Virus record (IMG/VR): IMGVR_UViG_3300038303_000074
DNA from: an uncultured virus (IMG/VR IMGVR_UViG_3300038303_000074)
Taxonomy: Duplodnaviria; Heunggongvirae; Uroviricota; Caudoviricetes
DNA length: 64,000 nucleotides
Reading direction: 5' to 3' (one strand)
Positions 49,601 to 57,338 of this stretch are shown piece after piece (position 1 is the stretch's first letter; every line of letters starts with the position of its first letter). A model generated the notes under the pieces. That model was not told the DNA's origin and did not search any database. It worked only from the letters and a program-made list of their open reading frames with translations. The translations under genes and the position numbers were made by a program.

Positions 49601-51633
49601 ATACGGAGGCCAAGGACATCCTCGCCACGCTGATCCTGCAGGCCGAAGAGTCCTCTGTGCGCGCGACCAAGAACAACGTCGGCAACGCCTTCCTGAGGTT
49701 CATCAAGGAAGTCGCAGCGCAAGACCCTGCCGTGGCGGCCCAGTACGCCACCATCGAAGAGACTGTCCCCGTCCGCGCCAAGATCGATGGCCGCACCGGT
49801 CGTATCTACTACGCGCCGGACAGCCTCGCCCACCGCGTCGGCGACGACATCTTCATCACCAAGGTGGACGGCAAGGAAGTCAAGATACGCATCAAGGACC
49901 CGCGCGTACGCCGGGCTATGAAGCGGGAGTTCGACAGTGGCGGCGGCACGCTGGTGCAGGTCCTGTCGCAGGTCAACCGCTTCCTCGCCTCGGTCAACAC
50001 ATCGTGGAACCCTGAGTTCCTGATCTCCAACTTCGCCCGTGACATGCAGACTGCAGGCGTCGTGCTGCAGCAGTACGTCAACGACGTCGACGGCTTCAAG
50101 GCCACCGCCGTGAACCCGAAGAGCATTGCCAAATCCCTCGGGGCCGTGAAGCGCATTCTGCGTGGCGGTGAGAAGGGTGACGCCTGGGAGAAAAGTTTCC
50201 TTGAGTTCCAGAAGCTGGGCGGCACGACCGAGTTCCTCGGCATCCGCAACCTGCAGTCTGTCATGAGCCGCATCGAGAGCGAGCTCAGCGATATCGGCCC
50301 GCGCACCCCGGCCAAGAAAGCCAAGGCGGCGTTCAACTCGCTCGCCAGTTTCGTCAACGACTACAACAGGGTGGTTGAGAACGCGGCACGTCTGGCGGTC
50401 TTCAAGGCTCTGCGTGACGCAGGCGTCTCGCCGAAGCAGGCAGCCTTCGCAGCCAAGAACCTGACCGTCAACTTCAACAAGGGCGGCGAGGCCAAGACCC
50501 TGGCCAACAGCCTGTACCTGTTCTACAACGCCAGTCTGCAGGGCACCTTCGTACTGGCCCGCGGCCTGCGCAACAAGCGCGTCCAGAAGTTCGTCGGCGG
50601 CATCGTCGCCACCGGCTTCATGATGGACATGATGGCGCGCATGATGTGGGACGACGAGGATGAAGACGGCAAGCTGATCTACGACAAAATCCCCGACCAC
50701 ATCCTTGAGCATAACATCATCATCCCGTGGGACACCGACCCCAAGGGCTATAAGAAAATCCCCCTGCCCTACGGGTTCAACGCCTTCTACAACACAGGCC
50801 GGGCGCTCAGCGCCTACGCCAACGGCGGCAAGAAGGGCGGCGAGACAGCGAAGAGCATCGTCATGTCAGCAGTCGACGCCTTCAACCCGATGGGCGGCAC
50901 GAACTCCTTCATCAACCTGGTCACGCCAACCATCCTCGACCCGGTCGTCGACCTCGCGGTGAACGAAGATTTCTCCGGGCGCAACATCGTGCCGGAGCGG
51001 ATCGCCATGGGAACACGTCCTGCTCCACCACCACATGAACTTTACTGGAACAGCACCAGCACGGCATGGAAGACCCTGGCCACCGGCGTCGCAGAACTCA
51101 CCGGCGGGTCGAAGGGTCGCGAGGGCGGCATCGACTTCAGCCCTGAGCACTACGAGTATGTCTGGGACTACTTCCTCGGCGGCGTTGGCAAGTTCGTCAT
51201 GCGGACCTACAGCCTGGGCGAGAGCGTGACCACCGGCATGATCAAGGATGACTTCAGCGACATCGAGGTCGGGCAGATACCTTTCCTGCGCAAGGTCGTG
51301 GGCTCGGTTACGAACCGCGAGAACACCTCGGCCTACTACGAGAACGGCAAAGACGTCATGGCCGCCAAGATGGAGGTCGATGCCTACCGCAAGAACCAGA
51401 ACTACGACGCCATGCGTCAGGTCCGCAAGGAGTACCCCCGGCAGCTCCGGCTGGTGGGCGTGTTCCGGTCTGCCGATCGCCGCCTCAACAACCTGCGCCA
51501 GCAGCTGGCCCGGGTACGCAGGCAGAAGGGCGATCTCAGCGCACGTCTTAAGAGAGAACAGAAGATCAAGGACCAGATGGACGTTGTAATTAACCGGACA
51601 AACCGCCTATACTACGCGGCGATGGAACGTTAA
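40663..51633 (+). CDS. Giant polyvalent virion protein (3656 aa) with metallopeptidase motif and LPD38-like C-terminus
   Basis: HEAIH..EEAIA; duplicated internal domain; C-terminal YVPL, KNLTVNFN, LYLFYNAS and KIPLPYG motifs. Confidence 0.85.
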   Translation: MSYFIRDAGGVPHYFNDDVSEDEANDLLDARETEPVAPPEEAGLGDIFGRGVDLGQGMAYGTVEAAGELLGVDALTEWGGEGRERNRAEAEAVQRSGGVQDIRGVGDAASWVAETVAEQVPLMAPSMAGGVAGAAIGTAIAPGLGTFIGGALGAFVPSFFLGVGETQGIIKEKGGTAPGAAFIGGTAIAALDSALPGKVGGDIVAFLTKKFGKEVGEEAAETVATKVLTKRMAVAAAGAKGMAVEGVTEAIQEAIGEISASIGTDTDIDWEGMRHQMIEAMAAGMLMGGGISAAVEALPKKQADAKKKNDGSTSTIEERPALLQLTDQRTPEADLYAKFETMQSEVLDVTENQPTHDMNIQPTDDAQGFQIYRDGIAISEQFDTAVEAQVARNQMVEQELTSTDDPTAFAEAYHGKFFEAHYAAAVTVPADRHGQEMVADFSLAGIQRRAGVGKETAKAIREAMVARKFLVKKGKRYERAVVKPVDVRYDTVQAVSPEGVKSYAVVKEEVFPNGKVTRTPTEVLPVTPDGKESEVDAAIRVEQAARKAAIAATPKDALKREYDELQEQRQKSVEDNEAVSNNPRSREIEARAIDEGMVEGAMPYEANPEFVKLTDELNARAKKYGITDPIVKLVDYLRGKATGSEGKRKRYSGTEGSYLDGVIQLAQNVWAPEHLTTAMRKEIFGSDPVTELSFEQKLASLSQILDHEAIHALKALGVFSDADWKALTKYVANAKFKGTGETYMQRAMRLYAPGGVPTHPSYANEDGSPNLPVIAEEAIADAFRYWMANGQKGVAGKPLSLFKRMLNFFRGVSESVSAVAGGEAVLGRIARGELGGSGAARAGPEMQSVRGGEMFSMREPNGLYSQASRAARTDPGKRTAQQWYKHFEKNNVKKAELDWVVGLDEFLKSAKSVNGEDLAAFIDQNGVALDEETRGFEEYKNVRDAINDAVSESLEANLAFRAAVRTYDIDPDDVSAVLEAYGERDPLQAEQASLPEEFLDAASDMVVASEYAHQLQGQSHEDLTIPKFAQYTLGEGNAENIREWYLTVPKDKSPANQLVEDWLVPRAHRIGDSVADNRLVVRIRTSDRTRADGALMLFIEEMQGDRQQAAREEGWRKPQLTADDVEVTMYTKTEVENAPPGHPTAGISSSLFDEHFLSGARERFTAPGEVPGDRVWVATDKRDDSVLTINVVSEQRARDSAVTTETDRRVTKTRAKVRELRRDARDVLRSVDNLGFDTVAEALGAVIEEVHWSNIWDASDMSRPDRKVLDDYRDYVNELSMLVERQTREAKGSGVGHIPFAKTDDWTSLALKRVLIQAVHEGYESIGWTTGDMQSERYTLEEKLTDIYYTDRGNGLYDVVAHRNPEFGASGTVEVFDQASMSRDEMAKIFGPELAEQIVKDEGKPADLEGFEGAAIENIEGAFLRGRGDGMRSYYDKIVGKNANTIGKKVGAKTRVAELLYAGEDEVTSPFVVKDNSGNILQEFRSYDNALDYVKSYSDAEQPLHVESYNETTSVWELPITDKLQGIVKGEGLQMFSMRDEPFKNQTPKEATFTRATTNIHFQRWMKRKHVGETPTFEMVDEYQNGPMFSLRPASVGFHSKLEQQVETVDLPGWRQKKGQNALPMAKSKEIWDKIKTLGIKKEEIKWTGIEDFLKTEDAFTRDEVLGFLRSNGLVLEERVADLSRSQFNANTHGDGEEGFDGEGRPYFNGWNWSESVIDDYDEINYHAESITENIEEYYIYDIARHNFIQENRERILQEVFGDNVPIVGQRRFDFAVGDLGGDVVEQSEFDDAVEEYVDENHKDEIVDSLEDAISEMASENYYDNPVIEMYDSTHNVRITGNNDQGWYNHDSGDMAYDLPEAETNALQHLTDNDRIGYALDEDINDDNEGTDAEVDASERPVEADVAQWGQYVMEGSHTNYREIKIIMPGLEHDYYKTSHHPDNKIIAFNRVTTRELRYRPKGEDTRGAIDAFVTVDGETYLQLKEQLKAAAEEEAARKEVWERRSNEIISEVSGFGDAAMVQEEVQRRGADGIAWQTEIVEKVQARRRTDMGYALSQKKFEEAKEAHDKLQGKAHAELARWNMQNPDMNAFIRTYFLDEAQSDLHQSGKRGYKTGADVAELRRVNLDATAALRAAVGAAVRDAQRDPRQYSTYLKMKTAVDGYGNATGRLKGAVWYHAMQGLVEDRSAYSFDKADGKTADLLLTLPGAKKKVLPLIKAWKKAADAEYAEVSGPPDAPFKDNAWIDLAVKRALIDAVANGYKAFGWPNAVVMEKRWSATYRKAYEYEYDQKIRSLISGLLGTKVHEFTLDGETYDRSTPFKQGKKGKKGRPDAPDTPAYTGSNEGDKGYYIAEIPDAVAAEIKENGFPMFSMRDTSAAPEQAQARAPYEFASDKALGRTTNDDGEPLSTKAGIDFKVLLRDHGIEGEMFSMRPKDAYDPVPNPNGDMLWARFKLNGRDTAIMMPRGEWYRDKDGEMRGFGVRKMARKHGKDITAVGFESIGEYALAFSEHIRINAPFHFREGVTRLTSGVLKVQRIPRGKEGKPDRYAFFWDEPSFKVDGVPVTARMAFDHTLTPNGEPDVLLMISGYTEADNVGDRYRSATPWSDQDVAYSLRDEDAANVKAIERPAIKYKGKIYRGEPRQQHSDIVQQSSEIDNGMIWFGRDADGNTLTEGFIVTREYGGGFVDRAEAFTLAVDAGQYDGGSWGRGPGLLLSDAPGLKYSIRDTNPGERLSQQDIETGQQAEAQMHVDFTRSQTEGIIASRLHQAGRNSKVVDWRIKLEDYMLGVKLMQEEVGSHGIRIEDWMNTYLEEQLHGSAAMDLIRNVDKDFIQPLTEMLKSNTNDVQLGDLEDYLYALHAPERNARLKEQGSAEDHPSGMSNADAAAHIARLRQEGKLGTLQTMNAFVKGIREESTRMRVESGLISQEMADEGRRLYPNYVPLRGYVDENADPDLDTQDIRARLGLGMDVRGRESRSPTGRHTEAKDILATLILQAEESSVRATKNNVGNAFLRFIKEVAAQDPAVAAQYATIEETVPVRAKIDGRTGRIYYAPDSLAHRVGDDIFITKVDGKEVKIRIKDPRVRRAMKREFDSGGGTLVQVLSQVNRFLASVNTSWNPEFLISNFARDMQTAGVVLQQYVNDVDGFKATAVNPKSIAKSLGAVKRILRGGEKGDAWEKSFLEFQKLGGTTEFLGIRNLQSVMSRIESELSDIGPRTPAKKAKAAFNSLASFVNDYNRVVENAARLAVFKALRDAGVSPKQAAFAAKNLTVNFNKGGEAKTLANSLYLFYNASLQGTFVLARGLRNKRVQKFVGGIVATGFMMDMMARMMWDDEDEDGKLIYDKIPDHILEHNIIIPWDTDPKGYKKIPLPYGFNAFYNTGRALSAYANGGKKGGETAKSIVMSAVDAFNPMGGTNSFINLVTPTILDPVVDLAVNEDFSGRNIVPERIAMGTRPAPPPHELYWNSTSTAWKTLATGVAELTGGSKGREGGIDFSPEHYEYVWDYFLGGVGKFVMRTYSLGESVTTGMIKDDFSDIEVGQIPFLRKVVGSVTNRENTSAYYENGKDVMAAKMEVDAYRKNQNYDAMRQVRKEYPRQLRLVGVFRSADRRLNNLRQQLARVRRQKGDLSARLKREQKIKDQMDVVINRTNRLYYAAMER

Positions 51634-51641
51634 TCAGGGAA

Positions 51642-51896
51642 ATGATCATGTCTGCTGTAATGAATATCGGCGACGCTGTCGCTGCGATGGAGACCGGCGA
51701 GAAGGTTGCGCGCATCGGGTGGAACGGGAAGGGCATGTGGCTTGAGCTGCAGGTTCCTGACGAGCATTCGAAGATGACGCTGCCATACGTCTACATCAAC
51801 TACCCCGCGGATGCCGACAACACCCCCGGCGCTCGGTGCCCGTGGCTGGCCAGCCAGACAGATTTGCTGGCCAAGGACTGGGTGCTGGTGCAATGA
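51642..51896 (+). CDS. DUF2829 / Tad2-like anti-defence protein
   Basis: GEKVARIGWNGKGMW...PWLASQTDLLAKDW signature. Confidence 0.85.
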   Translation: MIMSAVMNIGDAVAAMETGEKVARIGWNGKGMWLELQVPDEHSKMTLPYVYINYPADADNTPGARCPWLASQTDLLAKDWVLVQ

Positions 51897-52348
51897 CCCC
51901 TCGTGGAATCCGGAACAACAACCCGGGCAACCTTGACTTCAACAAGGCGGCTTTCGGTCGCGACCCCTGGGTTGGTGAAGCCGGACCCGAGACTTTAAGC
52001 ACCGGGCGAGAGGGTCGCTTTACGACTTTCGACAGCCCCGAGCATGGCATCCGTGCCCTGTCCAAGGTGCTGCTAACTTACTGCCGCCTGCGCAAAGCCG
52101 CTGACGGTAGTCCGATCGACACGGTGCAGGAAATTCTCAACCGCTGGGCCCCGCCCCACGAGAACGACACCACGTCCTACGCCCGTCACGTCCGCGCACA
52201 GCTCGATCTCGAAGAGGGTGAGCTCGTGGACATCACTGACGTGGACGTGCTGGAAGACCTGGTCACCTCGATCATTGCTCACGAGAACGGCCAGCAGCCG
52301 TACTCCGAGGAAGTCATCGCCGAAGGTGTGCGACTAGCCCTGGCGTAA
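51893..52348 (+). CDS. Putative endolysin (RNNNPGN lysozyme-like family)
   Basis: PRGIRNNNPGNL, RWAPPHENDT and HENG motifs; next to holin-like and spanin-like genes. Confidence 0.7.
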   Translation: MTPRGIRNNNPGNLDFNKAAFGRDPWVGEAGPETLSTGREGRFTTFDSPEHGIRALSKVLLTYCRLRKAADGSPIDTVQEILNRWAPPHENDTTSYARHVRAQLDLEEGELVDITDVDVLEDLVTSIIAHENGQQPYSEEVIAEGVRLALA

Positions 52349-52378
52349 CCACTCACCCCCAGTCGCGAGGAGAAGACA

Positions 52379-52564
52379 ATGGAAACCATGCTTAAAGGTA
52401 AGAAGTCCTACATCGTTGCGATCCTGATGCTCGCCGTCGGCGTCGTCAACATGCTGACCGGCGATGCCAGTGGCACGCAGATGGTCATGGACAACGCGAT
52501 GGTCCTGCTTAATGGCGCTGGCCTGATGGCGCTGCGTGCCGGTGTTGATAAAGCCGCAGGCTGA
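52379..52564 (+). CDS. Putative holin
   Basis: 61 aa with two hydrophobic segments; LKGKKSYI start; GAGGAG RBS. Confidence 0.65.
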   Translation: METMLKGKKSYIVAILMLAVGVVNMLTGDASGTQMVMDNAMVLLNGAGLMALRAGVDKAAG

Positions 52565-52803
52565 TGTTCACCTGGGCGTCAATAATTGCTAACGTCCTGA
52601 AGCTGGGTAACCTGATCATGGGAATGGTCAGGGATGCCCGGCTTCGTCGGGACGGCAAGAACGAACTCGCGGCAGACAATGCTGTCGTGGCTGAAAAGGC
52701 AAGGGAGAAGGCTGATGAAATCCAGACGCTTGACGATGCCAATGATGCTTTTGAGCGCAATGCTCCTGACCGCGTGTCAGGCAACTCCGCTCCTGATAAC
52801 TAG
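52564..52803 (+). CDS. Putative i-spanin (Rz-like)
   Basis: Hydrophobic N-terminus and charged helix; overlapped by a lipoprotein gene. Confidence 0.5.
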   Translation: MFTWASIIANVLKLGNLIMGMVRDARLRRDGKNELAADNAVVAEKAREKADEIQTLDDANDAFERNAPDRVSGNSAPDN

Positions 52804-52939
52804 CTGTCCCACCTTCACATGGCCACCGTCAAAGGTCATAAAGGTTATGAAGGCAGAGGCGGCTAAGGATACCGCTGTTGCTCTCTGGTGGCGCGACCTG
52901 GCCCGCCACGGCACTGAGTGCAAAGCGCTAAATGAATGA
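52715..52939 (+). CDS. Putative o-spanin lipoprotein (Rz1-like)
   Basis: Signal peptide with lipobox LTAC; Pro-rich; overlaps the previous gene in another frame. Confidence 0.6.
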   Translation: MKSRRLTMPMMLLSAMLLTACQATPLLITSCPTFTWPPSKVIKVMKAEAAKDTAVALWWRDLARHGTECKALNE

Positions 52940-53127
52940 GCATCTGGCTCCTCGTAGCCATGTGGTGCATCGCACAGCCGGTGCCCTTCTGTGTGAGGAT
53001 GGAGATACCAGACCTGACCCTCGGCCAGTGCTATAGAGCCAAGCCCCTCGCGATCAACCGCGCCATGCAAGAGGGTGCGTTTGAGTTCGACGCCTACTGC
53101 GTCGTCGGCACCAGCTATCCTACGTAA
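52936..53127 (+). CDS. Small Cys-containing hypothetical protein
   Basis: ATGA coupling; hydrophobic N-terminus. Confidence 0.5.
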   Translation: MSIWLLVAMWCIAQPVPFCVRMEIPDLTLGQCYRAKPLAINRAMQEGAFEFDAYCVVGTSYPT

Positions 53128-53929
53128 CCACCTCGTAGTCTTTCGACACGAACCCCCGCCCGCCGATCAGCGTCGCCGGGATCATAATTTTCTTTTCTTC
53201 CAGCGTGTCCCTGTGCAAGGTGCGGATGTGCCCTCGCCGCCAGTGCTGGCGGGGGCTGGCGTGGGTGCCGCCCAGCGGGATAATGCCGCCTGATTTGCTG
53301 ACGCCTTTAATCTTGACGACGTGGTGGTCGTACAGCGGGACCTTCCCCTTTTTCAGGCGGCGCTTGTTGAGCCTTTTCGGGGCGGCTACCTCCGCGACTT
53401 CGACGGCGTCAGAAGCCAGAAGCGCCATCGCGACAAGTACCAGGTATACGGATTTATCAATCAAGTTATTGATTGCCTCGTCGGGCTCTGGCTCTCCTAC
53501 GAGCCCCGAGCGGCGGTAGGCGAGCTCGCCGTCTTCGACAGTTAGCGTGACCTTGTACAGGATGGGCACGTTACCAAGGCCGTACTCTGGAATTTTTGCC
53601 CCGCAGATAAACGGAGTGGCGCTGATGGCCCCCGCGCCATCGTTCCAAACGATCGCTGCAGCAAGCTGCCCGTTCATGGAGCACTCAAAGTACGAGATGT
53701 CAAAAGGCAGCTGCCCTAAGCCTTCCTCGAACATGTTTTGGCCTGTTGCGCCCAGCTGTTTGACGTCGTCAAAGGTAAAATCGCCCAGGTTAAACTTACC
53801 TGCGATGGCTAGTTGCGCTTGGCACGTAATGAAGTAGTCCCTTCTGGGTTTCATGTTTGAGCCAGACGTCGCCCCCCACATATTAATCAACGTGGTGAGG
53901 TCTTCCATAAGCTTATGTGCGTGTAACAT
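53120..53929 (-). CDS. Conserved phage hypothetical protein
   Basis: C-terminal HASPRQHWRRGHIR motif. Confidence 0.7.
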   Translation of the reverse strand: MLHAHKLMEDLTTLINMWGATSGSNMKPRRDYFITCQAQLAIAGKFNLGDFTFDDVKQLGATGQNMFEEGLGQLPFDISYFECSMNGQLAAAIVWNDGAGAISATPFICGAKIPEYGLGNVPILYKVTLTVEDGELAYRRSGLVGEPEPDEAINNLIDKSVYLVLVAMALLASDAVEVAEVAAPKRLNKRRLKKGKVPLYDHHVVKIKGVSKSGGIIPLGGTHASPRQHWRRGHIRTLHRDTLEEKKIMIPATLIGGRGFVSKDYEVVT

Positions 53930-53941
53930 CTCAGGTCCCTT

Positions 53942-54598
53942 TCATTTCAACATCTCCCGCCGCACCCTGTCGATCACGTCGCCAGCGCGGTGGCGCTTCC
54001 ACTCCTCGAACGCATTCTGATCGCTCGCCGGGTACGCCACGCCATTGAAGACGCGTGCGGTGTTTTCATCCTCGGGCGCGTTGCCGAGCAGATGGTGGTG
54101 GTACTCGAACTTGACGCCCGGGCGGTAGCACCGGACGCCCAGCTCCTTGACCAGCAGTTCCCAGTAATCATCCACGAACCAGTGGATCAGGGTGCGGGGC
54201 ACCCAGTAGCCTATAGCTCTGAGCAGCTTGCCCCCGAACACCACACCGCCAGCGACACGATGGCCATGCTTCCAGCCGTCGTCCCCCCAGGCGATGCCCC
54301 AGTCACCGGCAGCCTCGATCAGGGTCTGGTCCCAGCCCTGCGTCACAGGGCGGCAGCCATCCGTCAGGAAGCCGTAGTATGGTCGATCAGGGGATGTGTC
54401 GAAACAGTGGTTCATGGTCTGGGCCAGCTCACGGTGCGGCTCAAGGTTCCAGGTCGACCAGTTGTCTGGCTCGATCAGGACGAGTTCGTCGCCGCCGTCG
54501 TTCACAGCGACAGCGGGGGCGGTCATGCCGGTGGCTTCGCAGTGTTCGACAGTCTGCCGGGCTGCACCGATCCGGTTGCGGGTTATAAGAAAAAACAT
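53942..54598 (-). CDS. Putative glycosyltransferase (GT-A-like)
   Basis: YYGFLTDG..P.TQGWD, HWFVDD and EYHHH motifs; divergent DxD. Confidence 0.6.
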   Translation of the reverse strand: MFFLITRNRIGAARQTVEHCEATGMTAPAVAVNDGGDELVLIEPDNWSTWNLEPHRELAQTMNHCFDTSPDRPYYGFLTDGCRPVTQGWDQTLIEAAGDWGIAWGDDGWKHGHRVAGGVVFGGKLLRAIGYWVPRTLIHWFVDDYWELLVKELGVRCYRPGVKFEYHHHLLGNAPEDENTARVFNGVAYPASDQNAFEEWKRHRAGDVIDRVRREMLK

Positions 54599-54674
54599 CA
54601 GGGCTCCCGGTTAATATTGCTTGTAAACAAGAGCACCGTATCGTATAGCTTGTGCATACACAAGGAGAAATTTA

Positions 54675-54959
54675 ATGGGTATCAAAAAAGAGTTGATCGC
54701 CGAGATCGACGCCTTCCTGAAATACTACGAGATCGCCCCGACATCGTTCGGTCGCGACTGCATGAACAACACCGCGTTCATGGAGCGCCTGCGCAACGTG
54801 GATGGCCGTGTCACCGACGCCACCATCGACAAGGTGCGGGCGTACATCAAGAAGCACGACGACAAGGACGACGCAGCCAAGCCCGTGGAGATCGCCCGGC
54901 GTGCAGGTCCACCTACCCCTGCCCGGCGCAAGGGTTCGAGCTGGAGGGCTGCCGTGTGA
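54675..54959 (+). CDS. Cro-like HTH regulator
   Basis: EIDAFL...APTSFGR..MNN..FMERLR...TIDKVRAYI; AAGGAG RBS; TTGTAA-17-TATAGC upstream. Confidence 0.65.
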   Translation: MGIKKELIAEIDAFLKYYEIAPTSFGRDCMNNTAFMERLRNVDGRVTDATIDKVRAYIKKHDDKDDAAKPVEIARRAGPPTPARRKGSSWRAAV

Positions 54960-55240
54960 GTACGTTAAAAGATTTCGACGAGACCTTCGAGACGATCACC
55001 CAGGACCGCGGCGTAGACTACGGCCACCCGCTGGACGACTTCGCCATCGCAGCCGCTATCAAGGAGGCGGTGGCGTCCTGCCCGGACAAGGAAGTCCGGC
55101 ACGCGCTGGAAATGATCGGGGTCAAAATGGCCAGGCTCTGCAAAACGCCGACCCACCCGGACAGCGTCATTGATATTGCAGGCTATGCCCGCACCATCCC
55201 CATGATACACGACGAGCGAGCACGGCGTAAGTTGCTTTGA
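54956..55240 (+). CDS. DUF6378-like protein
   Basis: DRGVDYGHP...KMARL....HPDSVIDIAGYA signature; GTG start coupled to the previous stop. Confidence 0.8.
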   Translation: MSTLKDFDETFETITQDRGVDYGHPLDDFAIAAAIKEAVASCPDKEVRHALEMIGVKMARLCKTPTHPDSVIDIAGYARTIPMIHDERARRKLL

Positions 55241-55252
55241 CAAAGGTGACGT

Positions 55253-57337
55253 TCATTTCTTGTACCTCTTGCCGTGCCAGAGCTCGACCTCAAGCGGCAG
55301 GCCGGGGGCCCATAGCGGCACGTCTTTCATGACGTCCTCAAGGGTGCCCCAGGCATCGCCGACTTCAGCGTCGAGAACCTCCAGCAATATTTCATCGTGG
55401 ACGTGACCAACGATGGGCCAGTCCAGCTCGTCCATCATGCGCAGCCCGCGCTTGAGGATCGACGCCGACACTGCCTGCGTGTTGTTCTCGGCCAGCAGCC
55501 CGCCGTAGAGCTGGACCCTGCCCCACTCAGTCTCGCCGCGCTTGGGTTTCCAGCCAGCTTTGACAGCTGTCAGCCGGTCCTGAAAGCCCCAGCGGCCCTC
55601 GACCGTCTCGATCCGGGGCTTGGGGTACGACAGCACCTGCCCGCTCGGCAACATGCAGTACAGGGCCTGCATGTTCTCGGGGCACATGTATGTCACGAAC
55701 CCCACCTTGTAGCTCTTGCCGGGGTTCGATACCGCGTTGGTGGCAGCGAAGTCGAGGTCGGCCCAGTAGTCCACGGCCCACGGGTTCGACGCACGCCATG
55801 CCTTTTTGATCTTGTCGGCCTCACTGTCTTCAATGTGGACCCCGTAATTTCTCGCCATGGACTGGAAGGCCTTGACGCCACCCTGGTAGCCCATGGACAG
55901 CACGGTGACCTTGCCGATCTGGCGCTCCGGCTTTGTGATCGCATCGGCCGGAACGTTATAGATGCCTGAAGCGGCCACCATATAGACGTCAGGCCGGGCG
56001 GGGTTCTCGTCCACGTCCTTGAAGACCTTGAGCATCTTGCGCCCGCCTGCACTGTCGGTCAGCCACGGCAGCACCCGGGCCTCAATGCCAGCCCAGTCAC
56101 TGCAGACGTAGGAGTATCCCTCCTGAGCGATCAGGGAGGGCCTGAGCATGGACGCCAGCGTGTTCATAACCTCGCCTTCAGCGATCGGCGTGTGGGCCAT
56201 CAGGGAGGCCCTGAGGACCTCTGGCTCCTTCGAGCAGTCTCTGGTGAAGTTGTGTACCTGAAGGCCTTGAGACGAAGCCCTGAGCGTCTGGCCAGCCCCT
56301 GCGAAGCTGAACGCACCCCGTACGCGATCGTCGTCAGGGTCAGAGCGCAGGCACATGGCCTTGTACTTGGAGATCGATGACCGCCCGGCATCCTCCAGCA
56401 GCTGCACAAACTCAAGGCAGATCGGTGCGATCCGCCCGGGGCTCATAGTCTCCAGCTTCAGGATGTCAGCCCGTGCGGTCTTGTCGAGGGTGATCTTGCG
56501 GGTCTCTTCACGGGTCTGGCGATCGGTGGTGACGCGGGTCATGGCCTTGCGGATGTCGTCGTCGCCGTCCATGTAGATTTCCATCCACTCTTTATGGCGG
56601 GCGAACTGGCGGGGGCTGTCGATCTGGCCGTTGGTAATGCGGTTCAGCTCGACGCTGATCTCATAGACCTCGGCGTCGGCGTACTTGATGGCCGCCTCGG
56701 CGAACTCGCGATCCACCTTGAGGCCGCGGTCGTTGATGCGCTCGTTGACGATATAGTCCTGCCACTCCTCGTCGGTCAGGGGCGGGGTCATCTTGGCAGC
56801 GGTGCGCTCGACGATGACGTCGGTGTCACAGTAGCGGTACATCTCCTCCAGCAGGTCGGGGTCCATGTTGAAGACGCCGGTGTCCAGATCGGGCGGCCCG
56901 GGTATGGAGAGCAGCTTGATCAGCTCCTTGCCGCGGCGGTCTTTCTGGGTCCGCAGTCCGAGGCAGGCACCTAGATCGTCGAGGCCACCAGGCAGTGCGC
57001 GGGCACGGGCCTGCGCCATGGTGCAGTAGAACATTTCGAGCGGCGGCTCGGGCACGTCGTAGTCAGGGCAGACCACATACCAGAAGATCACCCGCTCGAA
57101 CGCTGCGTTGTGAGCGTGTATGCTGCGATCGTGACCGGCTTTGATATGGTCGATGATAACCTGGGGGAACGGCTCACCGCTGAGCGGGTTCCAGCTGGTC
57201 GGCTTGTCGTCGCCGAAGCCGTAGCTCAAACAGATCAGGCTGGTGGAGGGGTGGACAGCGTAGTTGTACGCGCCTTCCTTGATCAGGTTGACCCGGCTCC
57301 GGGTCTCGAAGTCGATGTGCAGTTCAGGTATCTGCAT
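55253..57337 (-). CDS. DNA polymerase, family A (APSE/BPP-1 type)
   Basis: Exonuclease DFET and HNAAFE; motif A DWAGIEAR; motif B RQIGKVTVLSMGY; motif C HVHDE; start at ATG 57337. Confidence 0.95.
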   Translation of the reverse strand: MQIPELHIDFETRSRVNLIKEGAYNYAVHPSTSLICLSYGFGDDKPTSWNPLSGEPFPQVIIDHIKAGHDRSIHAHNAAFERVIFWYVVCPDYDVPEPPLEMFYCTMAQARARALPGGLDDLGACLGLRTQKDRRGKELIKLLSIPGPPDLDTGVFNMDPDLLEEMYRYCDTDVIVERTAAKMTPPLTDEEWQDYIVNERINDRGLKVDREFAEAAIKYADAEVYEISVELNRITNGQIDSPRQFARHKEWMEIYMDGDDDIRKAMTRVTTDRQTREETRKITLDKTARADILKLETMSPGRIAPICLEFVQLLEDAGRSSISKYKAMCLRSDPDDDRVRGAFSFAGAGQTLRASSQGLQVHNFTRDCSKEPEVLRASLMAHTPIAEGEVMNTLASMLRPSLIAQEGYSYVCSDWAGIEARVLPWLTDSAGGRKMLKVFKDVDENPARPDVYMVAASGIYNVPADAITKPERQIGKVTVLSMGYQGGVKAFQSMARNYGVHIEDSEADKIKKAWRASNPWAVDYWADLDFAATNAVSNPGKSYKVGFVTYMCPENMQALYCMLPSGQVLSYPKPRIETVEGRWGFQDRLTAVKAGWKPKRGETEWGRVQLYGGLLAENNTQAVSASILKRGLRMMDELDWPIVGHVHDEILLEVLDAEVGDAWGTLEDVMKDVPLWAPGLPLEVELWHGKRYKK

Positions 57338-57338
57338 G

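Noticed and set aside
48946..50712. 588-aa antisense ORF, and similar ones such as 5075-6004, 19669-20853 and the 5' part of 53990-55240
   Set aside because: Antisense shadows of strongly biased GC-rich codons, with no motifs or RBS.
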